From Burkholderiales bacterium (lineage in GTDB: Bacteria > Pseudomonadota > Gammaproteobacteria > Burkholderiales > SG8-41), in the NCBI GenBank assembly GCA_022843705.1, contig JALHND010000002.1, forward strand, positions 16,857-80,856: 64,000 bases of DNA, written 5' to 3'. Of this stretch, positions 16,836 to 26,053 are shown piece after piece. The stretch's first letter is position 1. Each line of letters begins with the position of its first letter. The notes under the pieces were generated by a model. That model made no database searches. It was given only the letters and a program-made list of their open reading frames with translations, and was not told where the DNA came from. A program made the position numbers and the translations under genes.

Positions 16836-17705
16836 TCACATCGTGAACAACTCGTCCACGGCAAGCCGCCGCGGGATCAGACCCTGGTGGAACGCATGAT
16901 GGATGATCAGGTCAAGACTCGGCCGCAACGCCTCGATGCCGGACTGGATGCTGTCCGCGCCGGGCATGTCCGGCGCGCGCGCCGCACTCTGCTGCAGCAG
17001 GCGCAGCACCTCGTCCGCCACCCAGGGCTGCGCGCGCGCAAGGTCGCGGTGCAGCACCACCATATGGTTGAGCGGCCTCGCGTTGCAGCGCTCGCGCCAG
17101 CGCGCCAACGCGGCTGCCGGATCGGGAATCACCGGCGCGAGCACGCCATCCTGCTGGTCGGATACCGAAACCACGCCGGCATCGAGTTCACCGGCACGCA
17201 GCATGCCGACCAGAGTCCTGCCCGCCGGCGCGCGGCTGACATTCGCAGGCTCCACACACTCGGGCACGTGCGGATCCTCGAAGGCAACCCACTGAATGCT
17301 GTCGAGGTCGACGCCGTAGTCCTGGGCGAGGATGCCGCGCACCCAGGCCACCGTGGTCACCGAATGCGCGCGGATGCCGATACGTTTGCCGGCAAGGTCG
17401 CCCGGCCCGAGCCTGCCGCGGGTCGTGTTGTACGCCAGGCAGGGATGCGGCGGTATGGCCATCACCACCGTCGGCAGCAGCGTCACCGGCCTGCCGTGGG
17501 CAAAAGCCTGCAGGCAGGTCACGATGGCCAGTTCGGCCACGTCGTATTCTCCGCGCACCACTGCCTTGAACGCGTTTTGCGGCAGTTTGACGTCCGCGAA
17601 GTCGAAATCCAGCCGCGGCGTCGCCACCACGCCCGATTTCAGGGCAAGTGTATTGGGATAATCGCCCAGCAGGGTTTTCACCCTCAGGGCCGGCGCAAGC
17701 GTCAT
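16836..17705 (-). CDS. PBP2-fold protein, NMT1 / 4,5-dihydroxyphthalate-decarboxylase-like, no signal peptide
   Basis: 289-aa ORF with GC3-rich codons and a GGAGGA RBS. The family assignment rests only on general resemblance. Confidence 0.55.
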   Translation of the reverse strand: MTLAPALRVKTLLGDYPNTLALKSGVVATPRLDFDFADVKLPQNAFKAVVRGEYDVAELAIVTCLQAFAHGRPVTLLPTVVMAIPPHPCLAYNTTRGRLGPGDLAGKRIGIRAHSVTTVAWVRGILAQDYGVDLDSIQWVAFEDPHVPECVEPANVSRAPAGRTLVGMLRAGELDAGVVSVSDQQDGVLAPVIPDPAAALARWRERCNARPLNHMVVLHRDLARAQPWVADEVLRLLQQSAARAPDMPGADSIQSGIEALRPSLDLIIHHAFHQGLIPRRLAVDELFTM

Positions 17706-17825
17706 GCTCCGTCCTCCTTCCCCCAGCGCGCCACCGCATCATGCAAGGGATGCCGGGCGCTCGTATAATCCGTGGCAGGCCGCCAATTCGAGCAGCTTCG
17801 GAAGATACCACTGGAGGAAGCCGCA

Positions 17826-18815
17826 ATGACTCAGCATCCCGCCATCCGCACACCGTTTGCCGCAGCCTGCGCCGCGCTGCTGGCGCTGACCCTGCCGGCA
17901 GCGGCATCCGCAGAGGAATATCCGTCACGGCCGCTGCGCATCATCGTCGGCTTCCCCCCTGGCGGCGCCACCGACCTGGTGGCGAGGATCATCGCGCCTA
18001 AGCTGGCGGAATCACTGAAACAGCAGGTCATCGTCGACAACCGTTCCGGCGCCAACGGCACCATCGGCGCGGACATTGCGGCCAAGTCGACGCCCGACGG
18101 TTACAACCTGCACCTCGCCACGCTGGGTGCGCTGGTGATCAGCCCGTCCATCACCAAGGTGCCCTACGACCCGCTGAAGGACTTTGCGACCATTTCGATG
18201 ACGGTGCAGCTGCAGAACATGTTCCTGGCCCATCCGTCGCTGGCTGCCAGGACCATCCCCGAGCTGATCACGCTCAGCAAACAGAAACCCGGCGGACTCA
18301 ATTACGCGTCCTCGGGTCTGGGCAGCCCCGGCCACCTGGCCGGCGAGCTGTTCAAGACCATGGCCAAAGTGGAAATGACCCATATCCCGTACAAGGGCGG
18401 CGGCCCCGCGCTGTCCGACCTGCTCGGCGGCCAGTTGCCGGTGTTCGTCGCGGTGATCTCCACCGGCGTGCCGCCGGTGAAGGCCGGCAGGGCTGTCGCA
18501 TTGGCGGTGACCGGCGCCAAACGCTCCTCCGCCCTGCCCGGCGTGCCGACGGTGGCGGAAACACCGGGCATGAAAGGTTACGAGGCCAGCAACTGGTACG
18601 GCATGGTCGCCCCGGCAGGCACGCCGCCGGCAATCATCACGCGACTGCAACGCGAACTTCATGCCGTGAACAATGCGCCGGACATCCGCGAGGCACTGCT
18701 CTCCCGCGGCATCGATCCGGACAGCTCGACGCCCGGGGAATTCACCGCCTACATCCGCGCCGAAACGGCGAAATGGGGCAAGGTCATCAGCGCGGCAAAC
18801 CTCAAACCTAACTAA
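17826..18815 (+). CDS. Bug/TctC-family substrate-binding protein
   Basis: ORF 17772-18815 trimmed to MTQHPAIRT at 17826. Signal peptide, then YPSRPLRIIVGFPPGGATD...IPYKGGGPA...NWYGMVAPAGTP. Confidence 0.9.
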   Translation: MTQHPAIRTPFAAACAALLALTLPAAASAEEYPSRPLRIIVGFPPGGATDLVARIIAPKLAESLKQQVIVDNRSGANGTIGADIAAKSTPDGYNLHLATLGALVISPSITKVPYDPLKDFATISMTVQLQNMFLAHPSLAARTIPELITLSKQKPGGLNYASSGLGSPGHLAGELFKTMAKVEMTHIPYKGGGPALSDLLGGQLPVFVAVISTGVPPVKAGRAVALAVTGAKRSSALPGVPTVAETPGMKGYEASNWYGMVAPAGTPPAIITRLQRELHAVNNAPDIREALLSRGIDPDSSTPGEFTAYIRAETAKWGKVISAANLKPN

Positions 18816-20038
18816 GAGCGCCTGACGGCCTGCAGCCACAGCGCAAGCCCGCCGGCCATCGCCAGTATCGTCAGCGCGAAATAGACGCGCAGTCCGAGCA
18901 CCGGTCCGATCAGGCCCGCCGCAAAGGGCGCAACGCCCATCGCAAAAAACTGGAAGGCGGTCGAGTACGAAATCGCGCGCGCATCGGTGCCGGCCGGTGC
19001 GTGCATGCGGATCAGCTGCACAATCGCCGTCGGCATTGCCGCCGCGCCCAGGCCGAAGGCCGCGCGCGCGATGACCAGCTGCAGCGGCGTCTCGATCACC
19101 AGCAGCGGCAGGTGGGTGATGATCGTCACCACGGACGCAAACACCATCACCCGGGCCGGCCCGATGCGGTCGATCGCCCGCCCCCACAGCGGAAGCGCGA
19201 TCACGGTGCCGACAGCCATCGCCATCGCCGCCGCACCCACCCAGTAGGCCTCCTCCGCCGCATCCGCGCCGCGCGCCTCGAGCAACTGCAGCACGAATAT
19301 CGTGATCACCGTCACACCGCCGTACCACATGATCATGAACAGGAAGTTGAGCAGGTACAGCAGGCCGATGCGCGGCACTGCCAGCATGTCGCGCAGGCCG
19401 CCGATCCAGCGCACGCGCCAGGGCCCGGCAGCCAGCTGCTTCACTTCACCGGCGCCAAAGGCGACCAGCCCGCCACCGGCAAACATCAGCGCCGCGCTGA
19501 TCCAGAACACCCGGTGCTGCGGTTCAAGCAGCGCGATCAGCAACGCACCCAGCGCCGGACCCAACGCCTGCCCGACCAGCCCGCCGGTCTGCGCCAGCGC
19601 CACCACGCTGCCGATGCGTTGCGGCGGCGTATTGGCGACCAGCAGCGACACCCCGGCCGGCGTGAACCCGTTGAACACGGCGATCAGCATCAGCAACGCG
19701 GCAAAGGACAGCGGGGTTTCCGCAAAAGGCATCAGCACCATCGCAAAACCGATGCCCAGCATCGCGCGCAGCACCATCAGCTTGCGGCCGTAATGGTCGG
19801 CGATGCCGCCCCAGACCGGACTCACGGCAAAGCTGACGAGGTAGAACACCAGCAGCATGTGGCCGACCCAGGTCTCGAGGTTCTCGCGCACGCCGAGCCC
19901 GCGCACCAGCAGCGGCACGAAAGGCCAGACCAGGTTGAAGCCGAGACCGCAGAGCAGGTTCGACAGCGGCATCACCCACCGGTTGCGGCGCCAGTGGGGA
20001 TAACGCTGCGAATCGTCGCCGGCGGCGCCGGTGCTCAT
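18812..20038 (-). CDS. MFS transporter
   Basis: 408-aa ORF with about 12 hydrophobic helices and the MFS loop motif GGIADHYGRK. It converges on the preceding Bug gene with a 4-nt overlap. Confidence 0.85.
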   Translation of the reverse strand: MSTGAAGDDSQRYPHWRRNRWVMPLSNLLCGLGFNLVWPFVPLLVRGLGVRENLETWVGHMLLVFYLVSFAVSPVWGGIADHYGRKLMVLRAMLGIGFAMVLMPFAETPLSFAALLMLIAVFNGFTPAGVSLLVANTPPQRIGSVVALAQTGGLVGQALGPALGALLIALLEPQHRVFWISAALMFAGGGLVAFGAGEVKQLAAGPWRVRWIGGLRDMLAVPRIGLLYLLNFLFMIMWYGGVTVITIFVLQLLEARGADAAEEAYWVGAAAMAMAVGTVIALPLWGRAIDRIGPARVMVFASVVTIITHLPLLVIETPLQLVIARAAFGLGAAAMPTAIVQLIRMHAPAGTDARAISYSTAFQFFAMGVAPFAAGLIGPVLGLRVYFALTILAMAGGLALWLQAVRRS

Positions 20039-20084
20039 CCCGGTGAGGACCTGCAGTGGCGGGGGATTTCAGGCACCCGCGGGA

Positions 20085-20969
20085 TCAATCGCGGAAGAAT
20101 GTGCTGATTTCCTCGTAGACCATGTCCGGCACCTGCTCCGCCGGATAGTGGCCGCAGGGCAGCGGCTTGATGCGCACGATGTTCGCGGCATACTGCGGCC
20201 AGGCCTTGCGCGGGTCGAAATGTTTTTCGGTATGGCTTTTCTCGCCCCAGTACACCGCCGTCGGGCACTGGATCTTGCGCCCGGCATTGAAGTCCTCGGT
20301 GTCCATCGCCATGTCCACCGATACCGCGGCGCGGTAATCCTCGCACACGCCGTGGATGTTTTCGGCGGTGCAGACCCGCGCGTATTCCTTCAGCGTCTCC
20401 TCCGAGAACCCGCCCTTGCCGATGCCGAGTTTGGTCAGCTTCTGCTTGATGTAGTAATCGTACTTGCCCTCGATCAGCTTTTCCGGAATGTCATAGGCCT
20501 GCGCCATGAAAAACCAGTGCGAGGAATTGAGCGCCCATTGCCAGGTGGCATTGCTCAGCATGTGGTGCGTGGGCAGGATGTCGAAACTGGCAAACTTCCT
20601 GATCTTGTCCGGGTGGTCCAGCGCCATGCGGAAGGCGGTGCGCGCGCCGCGGTCGTGGCCGGCGACGCAGAATTTGTCGAAACCCAGGTGCGCCATCACG
20701 TCGATCTGGTCCTGCCCCATGCGGCGGAAGGAGTAGTTGCTGTGATCCGGCAGGCCGCGCGGCTTGCCGCTGTCGCCGTAACCGCGCAGGTCGGTGCAGA
20801 CCACGGTGAACTCCTTCGCCAGCCGCGGCGCGACCAGGTGCCAGTGCACATGGGTCAGCGGATTGCCGTGGATCAGCAGGATGGGCGGGCCGTTGCCGCC
20901 GTAACGCAGGTTGATCTTGACCTCGGGGTCGGTGGTCTGCACCTGGACATGCTTGAAACCTTCGAACAC
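20085..20969 (-). CDS. alpha/beta hydrolase, haloacetate (fluoroacetate) dehalogenase-like
   Basis: ORF 20085-21092 trimmed to the GTG at 20967-20969, preceded by an AAGGAG RBS, giving MFEGFKHVQV. Contains AGHDRGARTAFRMALD, DILPT, SHWFFMAQ, CEDYRAA and GHYPAEQ. Confidence 0.8.
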   Translation of the reverse strand: MFEGFKHVQVQTTDPEVKINLRYGGNGPPILLIHGNPLTHVHWHLVAPRLAKEFTVVCTDLRGYGDSGKPRGLPDHSNYSFRRMGQDQIDVMAHLGFDKFCVAGHDRGARTAFRMALDHPDKIRKFASFDILPTHHMLSNATWQWALNSSHWFFMAQAYDIPEKLIEGKYDYYIKQKLTKLGIGKGGFSEETLKEYARVCTAENIHGVCEDYRAAVSVDMAMDTEDFNAGRKIQCPTAVYWGEKSHTEKHFDPRKAWPQYAANIVRIKPLPCGHYPAEQVPDMVYEEISTFFRD

Positions 20970-21174
20970 GGCATTGCTCCTTTTCGGTAAGGCGTCGATG
21001 CTACCGCACGATGGCAATCCGCGTTGATCACATGCCGCGATATGGACACAGCGGCCCGTGCACGCGGTAACGCGCATCACGCGTGCTAACATCGCAGCGT
21101 TTGTTTGCCGCAGCAGTCACCGGCTGCCTGCTTCTGGAGTCCGCGTGATGTGCGCCATGCGCAATCCGCCGATT

Positions 21175-21212
21175 CTTAAAAATATCAATAAAATCAATTA
21201 TTTAAATTAAAC
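21175..21212 (+). repeat. AT-rich element, copy 3 (diverged)
   Basis: Reads TTCTTAAAAATATCAATAAAATCAATTATTTAAATTAAA. It ends 21 nt upstream of the SMP-30-like ATG and contains AATCAATTATTTA, a perfect WATCAANNNNTTR match. Confidence 0.7.
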
Positions 21213-21232
21213 CCTAGAGAGATCATCGCGTC

Positions 21233-22162
21233 ATGTTCAATCCCTTCAAGCCGCTGGAACACATCCACGCCGACGTCTTCACCTCCATGCCCGGAAAATT
21301 CCGCAAGAAAAGCCGCAGCAGCTGGTCGGATCCTAATCGCCAGAATGCGGAAGTGGAATGTTTTCTCGAGGCGCCCGCCTTTGACCGCGACGGCAACCTG
21401 TTCGTCTGCGACATTCCCTTCGGCCGCATTTTCCGCATCACGCCCAAAGGCGACTGGGACCTGGTGATCCAGTACGACGGCTGGCCCAACGGCATGAAGT
21501 TCCACAAGGACGGCCGCCTGTTCATCTGTGATTACAAGGAAGGCCTGCTGACGCTGGACGTCAAGACCGGCAAGCTGGAAAACGTGCTGCGCACCGCCTA
21601 CAGCGAAAGTTTCAAGGGATTGAACGACCTGCACTTCGCGTCGAACGGCGACCTCTACTTCACCGACCAGGGCCAGACCGGCATCGCCGACCCGACCGGC
21701 CGCGTGTTCCGCCTGAAGGCCAACGGCGAGCTGCGCCGCCTGCTTGAAAACGGCCCCAGTCCCAACGGCATCACGCTGTCCACCACCGAGAAACATGTCT
21801 ACGTCGGCATGACGCGCTCGAATTCGGTGTGGCGCCTGCCGCTGATGGCCGACGGCTCGGTCTCCAAGACCGGCCTCGCGATCCAGCTCTCCGGCGGTGT
21901 TGCCGGACCCGACGGCATCGAGATGGACGGTGAAAACGGCCTGCTGGTCTGCCAGTTGGGCGTCGGCATCTGGCGTTTCGATGCCAACATGCTGCCGACC
22001 CACCTGATTTCGTCGAAAAACCACGACAAGCATCACCACCTCGACAACGTCGCCTTCGGCGGCCCCGACCACAAGCAGATTTTCATCACTGAAGCCTTGT
22101 CAGGTGATGTGCTGACGGCAAAAGTGCCGTTTGCCGGCAAGAAGCTCTACGGCCACCAGTAA
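21233..22162 (+). CDS. SMP-30/gluconolactonase/LRE-family lactonase
   Basis: 309-aa ORF. Six-bladed propeller-type motifs are present (EAPAFDRDGNLF, PNGMKF, NDLHFASNGDLYFTD, PNGITLS, GPDGIEMD). Confidence 0.85.
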   Translation: MFNPFKPLEHIHADVFTSMPGKFRKKSRSSWSDPNRQNAEVECFLEAPAFDRDGNLFVCDIPFGRIFRITPKGDWDLVIQYDGWPNGMKFHKDGRLFICDYKEGLLTLDVKTGKLENVLRTAYSESFKGLNDLHFASNGDLYFTDQGQTGIADPTGRVFRLKANGELRRLLENGPSPNGITLSTTEKHVYVGMTRSNSVWRLPLMADGSVSKTGLAIQLSGGVAGPDGIEMDGENGLLVCQLGVGIWRFDANMLPTHLISSKNHDKHHHLDNVAFGGPDHKQIFITEALSGDVLTAKVPFAGKKLYGHQ

Positions 22163-22176
22163 CAGCGCAGCCCGCG

Positions 22177-22210
22177 AAAAAAAACGGCGCACACTGTGCG
22201 CCGTTTTTTT
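22177..22210. terminator. bidirectional intrinsic terminator
   Basis: A8-ACGGCGCAC-ACT-GTGCGCCGT-T7, lying between convergent genes. Confidence 0.85.
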
Positions 22211-22224
22211 CGCACGGGCAGCGC

Positions 22225-23343
22225 TCAGTGATCCATCGGCAGGCCGTACCGCGCGAGCTTCTCCTCATCAAGCTCGATTCCCAGGCCGGGCCCGGACGGC
22301 AAGGCAACACTGCCGCCGCTGATGTCGAGCCGGGTTTTGGCCACGGTATCGACCACCTTCAGCGGGCCCACGCATTCCAGTCCCGGCACGACGTTGCGTG
22401 AAGTGGCGCCGAGCATGATCTCCGCCATGGTGCTGAGGTCCAGACCGAAGCCGTGTCCCAGCACCACCGGGAGCCCCGCCGCCTCCGCCGTGGCCAGCAT
22501 GCGCGCCGCCTGCAGCAGGCCGCCGGCCTGCTTGATGCCGAACTTGACGTAATCGGCGCAGTCCGCCTTGATGACCCGGATCAGGCTCTGGTGGTTGCTG
22601 ATCGATTCGTCGGCCATCACCGGTATGCCGCCTTCCCGCCGGATCCTCGCCAGGGCTGCGAGGTCGTCCTTGGGGGTCGGCTGTTCGAACAACTGCATGT
22701 CGCAGGACTTGACCGCCCGGCACAGGGCCAGCGCCTGCTCCACGGTGCATTGCATGTTGGCATCCATGCGCAACTTGATGTCCTTGCCGACGGCGTCGCG
22801 TACCGCCTTCACCCGCGCGCTGTCCTGGTCGACGTTGTTGCCGACCTTGATCTTCATCGATTTGAAGCCGGCATTCTTCCAGCGCATCGCTTCGGTCGCC
22901 GCTTCGTCCGGCGGCAGTTCCCCGACCCAGCCGTTGAACTGCACACGGTCGAGGACGGCGCCCCCGACAAAATCATGCAGCGCGATGCCCCGGCGCCGGC
23001 AGACCAGCTCGATGCAGGCCAGCTCCACGCCGACGACGGCGCCGGGCTGCGTTGGCGTCAGTTTTGAAGCGATCCCGAGGATGCGGTTGATGTTGCCCGG
23101 ATCCTGGCCGATCAGCGCCGGCGCAATGCGGTCACGGATGGCGAGCGCCAGTTCCGGACCGGTGTGGGGCGATTTGGCCGTCGATGCCGGATCAATGCTG
23201 CTGATGCCGGTCGCGCCATCCGAATCCGTCACCCGCACCACGACGCACTTGGTGACACTCTTGGACACCCCGCCGCTGGTGAACGTGCCCACCAAAGGCA
23301 TGCCTATGCTGAACACCTCGATTTTGCTGATTGTTGCAGTCAT
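22225..23343 (-). CDS. enolase-superfamily enzyme (mandelate racemase/muconate lactonizing enzyme family)
   Basis: 372-aa ORF with FKSMKIKVG, LRMDANM, FEQP and MADES segments, matching the metal-ligand spacing of the MR/MLE subgroup. Confidence 0.85.
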   Translation of the reverse strand: MTATISKIEVFSIGMPLVGTFTSGGVSKSVTKCVVVRVTDSDGATGISSIDPASTAKSPHTGPELALAIRDRIAPALIGQDPGNINRILGIASKLTPTQPGAVVGVELACIELVCRRRGIALHDFVGGAVLDRVQFNGWVGELPPDEAATEAMRWKNAGFKSMKIKVGNNVDQDSARVKAVRDAVGKDIKLRMDANMQCTVEQALALCRAVKSCDMQLFEQPTPKDDLAALARIRREGGIPVMADESISNHQSLIRVIKADCADYVKFGIKQAGGLLQAARMLATAEAAGLPVVLGHGFGLDLSTMAEIMLGATSRNVVPGLECVGPLKVVDTVAKTRLDISGGSVALPSGPGLGIELDEEKLARYGLPMDH

Positions 23344-23364
23344 TCCGGACCTCTTCCGTTATTT

Positions 23365-24114
23365 TCATCTGGACTTGGTGATGCCGGCGCCGCCGACGCG
23401 GGCCAGGCGGGTTATCAGTGAATGCCTTACATGTTCACGCGCCACCGCCTCGGCACGCGCGGCATCGCGGCGCTCGATGGCGTCGACAATGGCCCGGTGC
23501 TGGTCATGCGCCTCGCGGGCATGCGGGCCGTCCAGCAGGTTCGAATCGCCCAGCAGCGGAATCAGCGCGTAAACCGCCGCGATGGCCTTGCTCAGGAACT
23601 GGTTGCGCGCGCACTCGAGGATGATGTCGTGAAACTGCCGGTTCAGCGGGATCAGCGCGGCGGGATTATCCAGCGCCAGGGCCTCCTGTTCAAGGATCGC
23701 GCGCAGCGCCGCGATTTCCGCCGGACCCGCGCGCGCGGCGCAGGCCGCTGCAGCCGCAGGCTCCAGCAGCTCGCGCACCGCGAACATCTGCCGCATGTCC
23801 TCGACATCCAGACGCATCACCAGCGCGCCGCGGAACGGCTGGTTGAGCAGCAGGCCTTCGCTTTGCAGGCGGCGCATCGCTTCACGCACGGGCGTGCGGC
23901 TCATGCCCAGCCAGGCTGCGATATCGACTTCCGTGAGATGCGCGCCGGTGGCGATGCGCCCTTCGCGGATGGCGCGGCGGATTTCGTCGCAGGCCACTTC
24001 GGCGAGGGAACGCGCATCCCCGCCGGCAGCACTGCGCCGCGCGCTGATGCGCTGCAAGGCATTTTCGTCGGGTGCGCTGCGGACAGCGCGCCTGCTGCGG
24101 CTGCGCGGCGCCAT
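23365..24114 (-). CDS. GntR-family (FadR/FCD subfamily) transcriptional regulator
   Basis: 249-aa ORF with a winged-HTH segment (HLTEVDIAAWLGMSRTPVREAMRRLQSEGLL) followed by an all-helical FCD-type C-domain. Confidence 0.9.
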   Translation of the reverse strand: MAPRSRSRRAVRSAPDENALQRISARRSAAGGDARSLAEVACDEIRRAIREGRIATGAHLTEVDIAAWLGMSRTPVREAMRRLQSEGLLLNQPFRGALVMRLDVEDMRQMFAVRELLEPAAAAACAARAGPAEIAALRAILEQEALALDNPAALIPLNRQFHDIILECARNQFLSKAIAAVYALIPLLGDSNLLDGPHAREAHDQHRAIVDAIERRDAARAEAVAREHVRHSLITRLARVGGAGITKSR

Positions 24115-25061
24115 CAGCCGGGAATCACCGCTTCACCGTTGATCACGGTGCGATGCAGGACCCTCGGCTGGCTGGAATCGACCTCGGAGCGGTAATGCAT
24201 CGCGCAGCGGTTGTCCCACAGCACCAGGTCCCCCACCTGCCAGCTGTGTTTCCAGGCGTACTTGGGCTGGGTGGCATGCGCCCACAACCTGTCGAGCAGG
24301 GTTTCGCTGTCTTCGTTCGACAGGCCGATGATGTAATTAGACGGCCAGTCGCGGCGGCGGCCCAGGTACAGCGCGCGTTTGCCGGTGACCGGATGCAAGC
24401 GCACCAGCGGATGCGCCGGCCCCGGCACCTCTTCCGGCCGGGTCGGCATTTTCACCGTAGGGCGCAACACACCGGCGCTGTTGCGGCTGGCGTCGTGGAT
24501 CTGCGACCTGCCCTTGATCGCCGCTTTCAGTTCGTCGGACAGATCGTCGTAGGCCATGTACTGGTTGTTGAACCAGGTATCACCGCCGCCGTTGACCGGA
24601 ATCACCACCGAATAGAGCATGCTGCCCGCCGGCGGCACTGCGACGTAGGAGTTGTCGCTGTGCCAGACCACTTCGTAACTGCCCAGCGCGCCGTTGTCCC
24701 TGACCGGCAGACCGTTCTCGTCGAGGTTGCTGATCAGCGTCAGGTGGGGATGCAGCGGCACGATCTTGCCGCCGATCCTGTAGCCGCCGGCGACCTGGTA
24801 TTTGCGCGCGGCCGGCTCCTTGGTGACACCGAAGATTCTGGCCGCGTCCAGCAGCGACTCGTCCGGAAGATTCTGGCCGCGCCAGAACAGCACCAGGTGA
24901 TCGGCCCAGGCCTGGCGCAGCAACCGGCATGTGGCTTCCGGCACCGGCTGCGACAGGTCCATGCCGCGGATTTCCGCGCCCAGCGCGGCACCGCTGGGGA
25001 CCACCTGAATCTGCCCGGGCAGATTCTGACTGGCGGCTGTCCGGCTTTGTGTGGTCTGCAT
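24114..25061 (-). CDS. TauD/TfdA-family Fe(II)/2-oxoglutarate dioxygenase
   Basis: ORF trimmed to MQTTQSRT at 25061 (AGGAG RBS). The WHSDNSY motif and the C-terminal WDNRCAMH...R are typical of TauD/TfdA. Its stop overlaps the gntR start by 1 nt. Confidence 0.88.
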   Translation of the reverse strand: MQTTQSRTAASQNLPGQIQVVPSGAALGAEIRGMDLSQPVPEATCRLLRQAWADHLVLFWRGQNLPDESLLDAARIFGVTKEPAARKYQVAGGYRIGGKIVPLHPHLTLISNLDENGLPVRDNGALGSYEVVWHSDNSYVAVPPAGSMLYSVVIPVNGGGDTWFNNQYMAYDDLSDELKAAIKGRSQIHDASRNSAGVLRPTVKMPTRPEEVPGPAHPLVRLHPVTGKRALYLGRRRDWPSNYIIGLSNEDSETLLDRLWAHATQPKYAWKHSWQVGDLVLWDNRCAMHYRSEVDSSQPRVLHRTVINGEAVIPG

Positions 25062-25092
25062 GGCTTTACTCCTGTACGGGTCTAGCCGATGG

Positions 25093-25121
25093 ATTGTATA
25101 CAGTGAATACAATTCACACAA
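25093..25121 (-). promoter_or_regulatory. promoter with overlapping GntR-type operator
   Basis: On the minus strand, TTGTGT (25116-25121) is followed by 17 nt and then TACAAT (25093-25098). The inverted repeat ATTGTATAC-AGT-GAATACAAT (25093-25113) fits the GntR/FadR half-site pattern (T.GT...AC.A). Confidence 0.6.
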
Positions 25122-25175
25122 ACAGATCCGGGCCTGCAGCAGCCTGCTGCGGGGGCCGACGCCCCCCCCCCTTGC

Positions 25176-25967
25176 TCAGTCAATCAGGCTGACACTGTCG
25201 CCGACGCGGATCTCGCCACCCGCACCACGCGTCAGCATGCCGACGCCCAGCGTGGATTCCTTCTGCGCAAACGATCTCATCAGCCCCTGCATCACCGACA
25301 GGTCACGCTCGCCGGTCAGCGGATTGGCATGGGTCGCCAGGCAGCGGGTCTTGGGTTTCACCACGTCGAATTCGACGCCGCCGATGCGGATGCTGCGTCC
25401 GAGCCAGGACTGCTCGGCCCAGGCCTCCACACCTTCGACCGCGATATTGGAACGGAAACGGTGCTCGCTCAGTCCGGGATCACGCAGCGCAGTTGCCGCA
25501 GAAGCAATGGTTTCCCGGCTGTGCAGTGTCACCTGCCCGGCCTCGTTGTCCTGGTAACGCGGTGTCAGGCCATCACCGACCAGCTTCAGCGGCAGGCGGT
25601 CGGGGTGGTTGCGCAGCGGATGCTCACCGAGGCTGAGCACGTAGGCGGTCAGCGCCCCGACCAAACGTTTGCGCCCCGCCTCATCGAGCCCCTCGTCGGC
25701 AAGCACCTGGTCACCCAGGGCAATTTTCAGGCGCATCCGGTGCTGGTCAAACTGCGTGCCCAGCCGCGCCAGCCCCGGCGTGTTGGCCAGCACCACACCC
25801 TCGTACTTGCGGCACCACCGGTCATCGGCGGCCGGTGCATTGGCAAAACGGAACGCCAGGACACGGTCACCCGCAACCCGGCCTTCGGGCAGCACGGTCA
25901 GTGCGTTGCAGTGTTCCGGTGTGAAACCCTTGAGCGGATAACGGTAGAGGGCAACGACGCGGGGCAT
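25176..25967 (-). CDS. MOSC-domain protein
   Basis: ORF trimmed to MPRVVALYRYPLKGF at 25967. N-terminal beta-barrel plus a MOSC domain with RFRSNI and KPKTRCLAT, which contains the conserved Cys. Confidence 0.85.
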   Translation of the reverse strand: MPRVVALYRYPLKGFTPEHCNALTVLPEGRVAGDRVLAFRFANAPAADDRWCRKYEGVVLANTPGLARLGTQFDQHRMRLKIALGDQVLADEGLDEAGRKRLVGALTAYVLSLGEHPLRNHPDRLPLKLVGDGLTPRYQDNEAGQVTLHSRETIASAATALRDPGLSEHRFRSNIAVEGVEAWAEQSWLGRSIRIGGVEFDVVKPKTRCLATHANPLTGERDLSVMQGLMRSFAQKESTLGVGMLTRGAGGEIRVGDSVSLID

Positions 25968-26053
25968 GTTTGCGGATATCTCCTGTGGTTGTCGCGTCCC
26001 GGACCATCCGGCGACGCTGCTACAATTTCCGCCCCACCATAACAGGTCCCGCA

